From a virus (lineage: Duplodnaviria > Caudoviricetes), in the IMG/VR virus record IMGVR_UViG_3300048121_002246, positions 1 to 33,071 of that record: a DNA stretch of 33,071 nt; one strand, given 5' to 3'. The notes under the pieces are model-generated. The model was not told the DNA's origin. It did not search any database and worked only from the letters and a program-made list of their open reading frames with translations. Every line of letters begins with the position of its first letter. Within the stretch, counting starts at the first letter, position 1. Positions 26,639 through 32,736 of this stretch are shown here, piece after piece. Both the position numbers and the translations under genes were made by a program.

Positions 26639-27663
26639 TAAAACAATTCGTCTGCGTTAAAGATCTGTGAATTTTTAGAGTATTCCACAGGGCGCGAATG
26701 AAAGAAATCGGTAGCATTATTGCCAATCAATTCTTCTTCGAACCACATTGTATCTTTAAGCAAAGAAGTGTCAACTTCAAACGCAGAGTGGAAACCGATT
26801 TTTTCCAAGGAATCATTAATCCTATTTTTGATGAATTCCTTTAGGATATCAGCATTTAGACCTTTTTTATTAAATCCATTGATCATCCAGTCTACAATAT
26901 GACTTTCTGCGACAAAGGCAGCTTGAGCTTCAGAAAGAATACGCTCTTCAAGCTCATCATCAAACAGATCAGGATATTGGCTACGAATAGTATTAATGAT
27001 TTTGATTCCAGCTAAAGCATGGATGTTCTCCTCATTACGGGTATACTTCACTTGTTGACCAGTATCCTTTAAGACGTTTTGATTCCTATTGAACCAATTA
27101 ATGATGTAGAATTGAGAGAAAAGAGACACGTTCTCGACAAAAAGGGTAAAAAGCGTTAGCGCGTATACATATTGCTTTTTAGAATCTTTGTAGAACTTGT
27201 GATTGTATTTTCTGAGATATTTTACACGACCTTCAATAAAGTCTAGTTTGAGATTCTCTTCAAATACTTCCTCCAGACCTAAAACAGTCAATAATCTCTC
27301 GTATGCATTGTTATGAATAACCTCGGTGTTTGCCATAACATAGCCAAGATCAGTAAGGCTAGGGTGAGGCAAATTGTCCCCCAGTTTACTCCAGAACTTT
27401 TTAACCGCAACTTCGATCTGACCTATCGCCGAAAGAGTCCTCACAATAATTTCTTTTTCTGTGGGATTCAAATTCACATTGAAGTCCTGTATATCACTGC
27501 TGAAGCTAAATTCCTTGTCTGTCCAAAAACCTTGATGCATGGCTTCAATAAAATCTTGCGCCCAAGGAAATTGATCAGGTTTTCTGGATAATTGCTCTTC
27601 AAAAATCAGTTTTTTACCCGTATTCCCCATAGCTATCTCATCTGTTTTTTCTTCAGCAATCAT
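26638..27663 (-). CDS. nrdB: Class I RNR beta subunit with class Id-like ligand pattern
   Basis: 'QIEVAVK', 'EVIHNNAY', 'VENVSLFSQF', 'EENIH', 'DFF'. Likely start is ATG 27663. TAATG overlap with nrdA. Confidence 0.93.
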   Translation of the reverse strand: MIAEEKTDEIAMGNTGKKLIFEEQLSRKPDQFPWAQDFIEAMHQGFWTDKEFSFSSDIQDFNVNLNPTEKEIIVRTLSAIGQIEVAVKKFWSKLGDNLPHPSLTDLGYVMANTEVIHNNAYERLLTVLGLEEVFEENLKLDFIEGRVKYLRKYNHKFYKDSKKQYVYALTLFTLFVENVSLFSQFYIINWFNRNQNVLKDTGQQVKYTRNEENIHALAGIKIINTIRSQYPDLFDDELEERILSEAQAAFVAESHIVDWMINGFNKKGLNADILKEFIKNRINDSLEKIGFHSAFEVDTSLLKDTMWFEEELIGNNATDFFHSRPVEYSKNSQIFNADELF

Positions 27664-27671
27664 GTTAAAGA

Positions 27672-27700
27672 ATTTTACACTCAGCACCGCTGAGAGGCAA
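27672..27700 (-). promoter_or_regulatory. Promoter for nrdBA with a palindromic spacer
   Basis: TTGCCT-17 nt-TAAAAT-8 nt-ATG. The spacer contains CTCAGC-N3-GCTGAG (27680-27694). It overlaps a GTGTAAA motif. Confidence 0.55.
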
Positions 27701-27714
27701 GAGTATTTTCACAA

Positions 27715-27752
27715 TTTTTTTTTCTTGACAAGACTGATTTTGTTTTCATAAT
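27715..27752 (+). promoter_or_regulatory. Divergent sigma70-type promoter
   Basis: T9 tract, then TTGACA(27725)-16 nt-CATAAT(27747-27752). Confidence 0.6.
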
Positions 27753-27769
27753 TACCGTGAAACGGGCTA

Positions 27770-27876
27770 CACGTAATTTATACCTTTTACGTTATAGATT
27801 AAGTATACGTTATCCTATATTGATTACGTTTTATAAATATATTATAAATATAAACCGATTTTTTTTTGAAAAAAAA
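27770..27876. repeat. Phased ACGT-core repeats plus an AT-rich tract (candidate replication origin)
   Basis: ACGT cores at 27771, 27789, 27807 and 27826 (spacing 18/18/19). TACGTTAT occurs twice. TTATAAATATA occurs twice (27831-27852). T9-G-A8 at 27859-27876. Confidence 0.5.
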
Positions 27877-27903
27877 GTAGAAAAATCAACTTGAGAACAT
27901 AGA

Positions 27904-28488
27904 ATGGTGGAAGTGGATAGCGACCTGACATTAATTTCTAAAATCCAAGAGGACCATCGGGATGAAGATAGCCTTATAGCGTTGATAGACAGGCACTCTG
28001 GGATATTCCACACAATGGTAAATCACTACATGTCTCATCCAAGTTTCACATTGGATAAAAACCAGATAGTAGGAGAAAAAGATTTAACAATTTACGATTC
28101 TGCCCTAAACTACGATCCTGATCGTAACACTAAATTTTCTACGCACTTGGCTAATCAGACTAAATGGAAATGCCTAAATGCGCTAAACAAAAAGCGGAAA
28201 TGTAAAGAATATTTTATTGACGATGAGAATAGCTATGTAGAGCCTTCCTGCGAATCTTTTATTCCAGATATCAACAAAGACGAGGCTATGGTCCTATTTG
28301 AAGAGTGCTTAAAAAAAGAATCTGACGATAGAGTAAAAAAAATAGTTGACATGCGATACGGTTCACCTAATAATAAGCTCACTCCTTGGAGAGCTATCGC
28401 AAATAGTCTTGACCTTAGCATTCAAGGATGTATAAACATTCACAATAAGTTTATAAACAAAGTAAAGAGCGAAATAAATTATGTATAA
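27904..28488 (+). CDS. Phage-encoded sigma70-family sigma factor (regions 2 and 4)
   Basis: 'YDPDRNTKFSTHLANQTKW' corresponds to region 2 (FDPxRGxKFSTYAxWWI). 'VDMRYG...TPWRAIANSLDLSIQGCINIHNKFINKVK' is a region 4 HTH. The start may be GTG 27913. Confidence 0.8.
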   Translation: MVEVDSDLTLISKIQEDHRDEDSLIALIDRHSGIFHTMVNHYMSHPSFTLDKNQIVGEKDLTIYDSALNYDPDRNTKFSTHLANQTKWKCLNALNKKRKCKEYFIDDENSYVEPSCESFIPDINKDEAMVLFEECLKKESDDRVKKIVDMRYGSPNNKLTPWRAIANSLDLSIQGCINIHNKFINKVKSEINYV

Positions 28489-28846
28489 TTCAGTAACAGC
28501 AGCAGCCTATTTGGTAAAAGATCCAGTAGTTCGTAATACCAGCAATGGTAAAAAAGTAGTCAGCCTTCGTGCTGGAATCTCAACATCAAACGCCAAGACT
28601 AAGTGTTTCGTAGATATCGAGTATTGGGATAAAACAGCAGAAATCGCTGAGAAATATCTCTCCAAGGGTAGAGAATTTATTGTAAATGGAGAGCTTTGTA
28701 TGTCATCTTGGGAAAAAGATGGTAAGCAATTTAGCAAATACTTTATTCGCGGTAAAGACCTCCAGTTTCTAGGCTCAAAGAAGTCTGAAGATGGTGATTC
28801 TAATTCAGGATCAGGTGGTGGCGATAGTGATGACGTTCCATTTTAA
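28481..28846 (+). CDS. ssb: Single-stranded DNA-binding protein
   Basis: 'LVKDPVVR', 'WDKTAE...YLSKG...VNGEL...WEKDG', Gly-rich linker and acidic tail 'DDVPF'. Confidence 0.95.
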   Translation: MYNSVTAAAYLVKDPVVRNTSNGKKVVSLRAGISTSNAKTKCFVDIEYWDKTAEIAEKYLSKGREFIVNGELCMSSWEKDGKQFSKYFIRGKDLQFLGSKKSEDGDSNSGSGGGDSDDVPF

Positions 28847-29935
28847 ATGAAACTTCTTTTAGAAGCACCTCTGAATAGCCTTAGTTTCGGTAATGTTTCT
28901 TATAACATTATTAAGGAATTACAAAGGTTAGATGTTGAGATAGGTTTATTCCCTACGGGGGGTAAAGTAGACCTCGATGCATTCGATGTTGGTGAAGATT
29001 TAAAAGAATATATTCAGAATGCTGTAAACGAAAGATGGAGTTTTGTTGATAAAGAGATTCCATCTTTAAGGCTTTGGCATTTTAATGGGTCTGAAAATAG
29101 AAAGAATAAAGATCAACACCTGTTTACTTTCTATGAGTGTAGTGAGCCTACTAAGATTGAGAAGGCTACTTGCGCGGTTCAAGATTCTACAATTTTTTCC
29201 TCTACATATGCAAAAGATATGTTTGAGGAAGAAGGTTGTAATAACACCCATTTCATACCTTTAGGTTTTGATGAGGAGTTTAAAAGGACTGACAGGGAAT
29301 ACTTGAAAGATATTGTCCATTTTGGTCTAATGGGCAAATTCGAAAACAGGAAGCATACCAAAAAAATCATCCAAACTTGGTTGTCTAAATATGGTAATGA
29401 TCCTAAGTATCAATTGTCTTGTTGTATAAACAATCCATTCTTCAAACCAGAACAAATGCATGGTGTTTGGCAGGATATTACTAAAGGTGAAAACTATAAT
29501 AACCTTAACATTATACCCCACCTTGCAAAGAATGCAGAAGTAAACGAACTCCTTAACGCTATAGATATCGACCTCACTGGTTTGTCTGGTGGAGAAGGTT
29601 GGAACTTACCTGCATTCAATGCTACTTGTCTTGGTAAATGGAGTATAGTCCTAAATGAAACTTCTCATAAAGATTGGGCTACAAAAGACAATTGTATTTT
29701 AGTTGAATCTACAGGTAGAACTATTCCTAGTGCAGATGGGGTGTTTTTTAATAAAGGTTCTGATTATAATCAAGGTAACTTCTATGACTGGGATGAAGAA
29801 ACCGTCATCAAAGCTATGGAAGAAGCTGAAACTAAAGTGGGACAAATTAACGCAGAGGGAGTCAAATTGGGAGACACTATGACTTACAAGAAGACTACTG
29901 AAGCTATTTTATCCCTTATCTACAAGGGAAAATGA
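28847..29935 (+). CDS. GT-B (GT4-like) glycosyltransferase
   Basis: 'SLSFGNVS', 'FYE', 'IPLG', 'GKFENRK', 'LSGGEGWNLPAFNATCLG'. Confidence 0.75.
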   Translation: MKLLLEAPLNSLSFGNVSYNIIKELQRLDVEIGLFPTGGKVDLDAFDVGEDLKEYIQNAVNERWSFVDKEIPSLRLWHFNGSENRKNKDQHLFTFYECSEPTKIEKATCAVQDSTIFSSTYAKDMFEEEGCNNTHFIPLGFDEEFKRTDREYLKDIVHFGLMGKFENRKHTKKIIQTWLSKYGNDPKYQLSCCINNPFFKPEQMHGVWQDITKGENYNNLNIIPHLAKNAEVNELLNAIDIDLTGLSGGEGWNLPAFNATCLGKWSIVLNETSHKDWATKDNCILVESTGRTIPSADGVFFNKGSDYNQGNFYDWDEETVIKAMEEAETKVGQINAEGVKLGDTMTYKKTTEAILSLIYKGK

Positions 29936-29953
29936 TTTGGCACAAGTAGTGTT
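29936..29953 (+). promoter_or_regulatory. Sigma54-like -24/-12 element upstream of hsp20
   Basis: TTTGGCACAAGTAGTGTT gives GG-N10-GT, where the consensus is TGGCAC-N5-TTGC. Confidence 0.35.
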
Positions 29954-29968
29954 ATATATATTGTGATT

Positions 29969-30292
29969 ATGAATACATTAATTAACAACCTACTTAACGA
30001 CATTACTAGTTACCCCCAACAGAAAGCTTATGACAGAATTAAAGACTCTGGAGATGTTTATTCTGCAGAATTTGAATTGGCTGGCTTTTCTAAAAAAGAT
30101 GTAACTCTTAGTGTTATCGATAATGTCCTAACTGTATCAGCTAAGAATGAAGATAGATCTAGAAACTATGAATTATATTTATATGATTTAGTATCTGAAG
30201 AACACATTTCAGCTTCTCTGAAGAATGGGATGCTTCATTTGACCTTACCTAAGAAAGCTGTTAAAGGAGCTAAAAAAATAGAGATAAAATAA
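29969..30292 (+). CDS. Small heat-shock protein (Hsp20/alpha-crystallin)
   Basis: 'ELAGFSKKDVTLSVIDNVLTVSA', 'ISASLKNGMLHLTLPK' and C-terminal IxI 'KIEIK'. Start is ATG 29969 or GTG 29963. Confidence 0.9.
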   Translation: MNTLINNLLNDITSYPQQKAYDRIKDSGDVYSAEFELAGFSKKDVTLSVIDNVLTVSAKNEDRSRNYELYLYDLVSEEHISASLKNGMLHLTLPKKAVKGAKKIEIK

Positions 30293-30681
30293 TGGCGATA
30301 TATGTTTACAAACATCCTGATACAGATGAACACCGCGAGGTAATTCAAGGGATGAATGACGAACATATATATATAGACGAATTTGGTTTACAGTGGGGGA
30401 GGGTTTGGACCGTCCCTCACGCCTCCATAGATAGCTGTATAGACCCTTTTAGTAAGCAGCAATACATCGACGCTACTTATAAAAAGAAAGGCACTGTGGG
30501 TAATATGATGGACTACTCAGCAGAACTCAGCGCACAAAGGGCAGAGAAAGCTGGGGGTCTAGACCCTGTTAAGGAAAAATTCTATAATAATTACGCTAAA
30601 GAGCGTAATGGGACAGAGCATCCAAATAGGATTAAAGAAAAGGGTTACGAGAGTAAAGATGTCAAAGTGGATTACGATTAA
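30292..30681 (+). CDS. Hypothetical protein with an FmdB-like N-terminus lacking cysteines
   Basis: 'MAIYVYKHPDTDEHREVIQGMND' resembles FmdB 'MPxYxYxCxxCG..FEv.q.m.d'. TAATG overlap with hsp20. Confidence 0.6.
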   Translation: MAIYVYKHPDTDEHREVIQGMNDEHIYIDEFGLQWGRVWTVPHASIDSCIDPFSKQQYIDATYKKKGTVGNMMDYSAELSAQRAEKAGGLDPVKEKFYNNYAKERNGTEHPNRIKEKGYESKDVKVDYD

Positions 30682-31778
30682 TAGTAAGTACCACTCATTT
30701 TTAATCCTTTATCTTGAGTAACTTCAAAAGTGTAACTTGCATCAAAATTCATTCTCCCATTTATACCCATAGAGTAATTAAAAGATGCTAATTTAGCGTC
30801 TTCTATTCTGTATATCATAGTTTTACCACTAGCTTCAAGAGTAAGATCGAATTGATATAACTGGTCTGAATCTAAGACACCTGTCATAGCTCCACTCTCA
30901 AATCCAGAAACTTGAGAAGAAATAGAAAATGAACCATTTGCTGGAAATTGCCTCTTCCTGCCGAATGCGTAATCATTTCCTAATCCATAAGCTGATACTC
31001 TTGGTATAGATACACTCATATCTACAGATTGAATTAAATGTTTCCCTGATATAGCTTGCCCTCCAACTTGTAAGTTTTGTAAAGTAACATCACTACCAGC
31101 ATTAGTAGGATTAACTATAGGCGGGGCTTTTTCTAGAGCTGCTGTAGATAAATCTTGAGTGAAATAAAATTGAGATCTACCCACATTATTATTATTCCCT
31201 CCTGTCATATTTATAGCTGGCGACTCCATAGAAGTTCCTGTTAAGTTATCAAATAAAGCATTGGAACAAATATAAGAAGTACTAACTGTAGGTAATCCCC
31301 CAACAGCATAACTTATGCTATAAGATTGAGGGAAACAATTACCAAAAGCGATAGCATCACTACCATCAAAGTTATTAACTGGGCTTCCTAAACCTAGAGA
31401 ATCAATAAAAGAATCTTCTTGATTTTCAGAAATTAAAACATAAAAATTCGTTGATTCTTGTGAATCGCCAGCATCGAAAATATTTTTAAATTCATTTTTT
31501 GGGGTAGAATTTAAAAATCGGCTTTGCACTTCATTAGAAAAATTAGGTTCAGGTATATAGGTTATATTTAAAGATACATCTGGCTGATTATATATATCGT
31601 TAGCAGCTAAATCTTGAGAACCAATTTGTTTAGACTGCTGCCGAGAATAACCGATTGAATAATCTAAACTTTGAGCTAACTTATGCAATTTTAGATCCTT
31701 GCTACTAGTAGAGAAAGCACTCGTAGAATCTTGGGTAGCTACAATCGCATTATTGCTTCTTATTATATTTCTAGACAT
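30678..31778 (-). CDS. Tail tube-like structural protein with an internal duplication
   Basis: S/T/N/G-rich beta protein. 'AQSLDYSIGYSRQQSKQIG' resembles 'IQSVDMSVSIPRVSAYGLG'. Adjacent to a minor tail gene. Confidence 0.55.
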   Translation of the reverse strand: MSRNIIRSNNAIVATQDSTSAFSTSSKDLKLHKLAQSLDYSIGYSRQQSKQIGSQDLAANDIYNQPDVSLNITYIPEPNFSNEVQSRFLNSTPKNEFKNIFDAGDSQESTNFYVLISENQEDSFIDSLGLGSPVNNFDGSDAIAFGNCFPQSYSISYAVGGLPTVSTSYICSNALFDNLTGTSMESPAINMTGGNNNNVGRSQFYFTQDLSTAALEKAPPIVNPTNAGSDVTLQNLQVGGQAISGKHLIQSVDMSVSIPRVSAYGLGNDYAFGRKRQFPANGSFSISSQVSGFESGAMTGVLDSDQLYQFDLTLEASGKTMIYRIEDAKLASFNYSMGINGRMNFDASYTFEVTQDKGLKMSGTYY

Positions 31779-31779
31779 A

Positions 31780-32736
31780 TTAAGTTCCTGTTGGAATTAC
31801 ACCCATAGGGTCTTCTTTGAGTTCTACACTTAACGTATTAGAATTAGCATAGTCCCACGTATGAGTCCACTTGGGGCTATAATAGACTTTTGGCCTGTTA
31901 TAAACAGAAGGTATTTGATGTTTAAATCTACGGTAACCCCCTTTATTTTCTAAGAAGTGGAGCATTGTTTTTAATTGTTTGTCAGAGATATTATTAAAAC
32001 TATAATTCATATCGAATGTAGCAATATTGTTATTAGTCTTTAGTCTCTGAGTAAAAGAGTTTTTATATTCTAGCTTATCAGCTTTAATTTCAACATTGTT
32101 TTGAGTACCGATATCAGGCTCGAAAAAGAAATCTTGCGTCCACATTGAGGAAGCTCCTGTTGGGGAATTTGATTGTGTGGATGTATGATCTCCAGTGCAG
32201 TAATAGAAGTTATCCAACTTATTTTGGTTCACACCTGTATATACTATATCATACTCTTCATAAGATTCAGAATAATTATAATCATCAAAAGTTAAATTTG
32301 GGAAACACCCCATACCAGACCATTTCAACAAAGTAGGGGCGTGGTCAACAGTTAAACTAGTCGCGACTTCGAAGTGTTGATTATTAACAAAATTAATAGC
32401 GTAATTATCACAAAAACCAGAAACAGTTTTATAAATTCCCAAATTATCAGGCTTAAACTCTATAGGTAAATGCCCCGATTGAGCTTCAAAAAAGTTAGCA
32501 AGCCTTCTAGCATTAGTTTCATTTACTTCATATTTTAAAGCAAATCTAGCCACTAAACTATCAACAGAAAGAGGGATTAAATTATAATAAAAATCATCAG
32601 TAACATAACTGTGATTCTTGGCTTGAAACTCTACAGTAGATCCATAAACTGGTGTAATATTAAGATGTGCAAGTTTCGAAGGCGTAGTTATACCGCTTAT
32701 GTTACGATCTCTGTTGTAAAATAAATCTTCACTCAT
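31780..32736 (-). CDS. Minor tail / distal tail protein with two lambda gpM-like domains
   Basis: Two repeats: 'ARRLANFFEAQSGHLPIEF' and 'LKTMLHFLENKGGYRRF'; also 'FFFEPD...KNSFTQR' and 'LSVELKE'. Confidence 0.65.
   Translation of the reverse strand: MSEDLFYNRDRNISGITTPSKLAHLNITPVYGSTVEFQAKNHSYVTDDFYYNLIPLSVDSLVARFALKYEVNETNARRLANFFEAQSGHLPIEFKPDNLGIYKTVSGFCDNYAINFVNNQHFEVATSLTVDHAPTLLKWSGMGCFPNLTFDDYNYSESYEEYDIVYTGVNQNKLDNFYYCTGDHTSTQSNSPTGASSMWTQDFFFEPDIGTQNNVEIKADKLEYKNSFTQRLKTNNNIATFDMNYSFNNISDKQLKTMLHFLENKGGYRRFKHQIPSVYNRPKVYYSPKWTHTWDYANSNTLSVELKEDPMGVIPTGT

Noticed and set aside
12923-27687. ORF-track start positions at 12937, 19701, 20728 and 27687
   Set aside because: These extensions overlap upstream genes or promoter boxes. 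Downstream ATGs at 12922, 19671, 20644 and 27663 fit family N-termini or promoter geometry better.
27770-27852. Mini CRISPR array, or T4-type late promoters (TATAAATA twice)
   Set aside because: The repeats are only 4-8 bp, far too short for CRISPR. TATAAATA is not seen upstream of other genes in the window, so AT-rich composition explains it better.
31796-31801. GTGTAA copy upstream of the tube-like gene
   Set aside because: It lies 17 nt from the ATG, inside the coding end of the previous gene, and lacks the third A, so it was not counted as a motif instance.
1060-32336. Short opposite-strand or nested ORFs in the track (e.g. 1060-1251, 2954-3238, 9615-9911, 13125-13532, 18811-19143, 25949-26272, 26218-26436, 27831-28013, 28507-28737, 32145-32336)
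   Set aside because: They lie inside or antisense to well-supported genes, have no recognisable motifs, and look like shadow ORFs.
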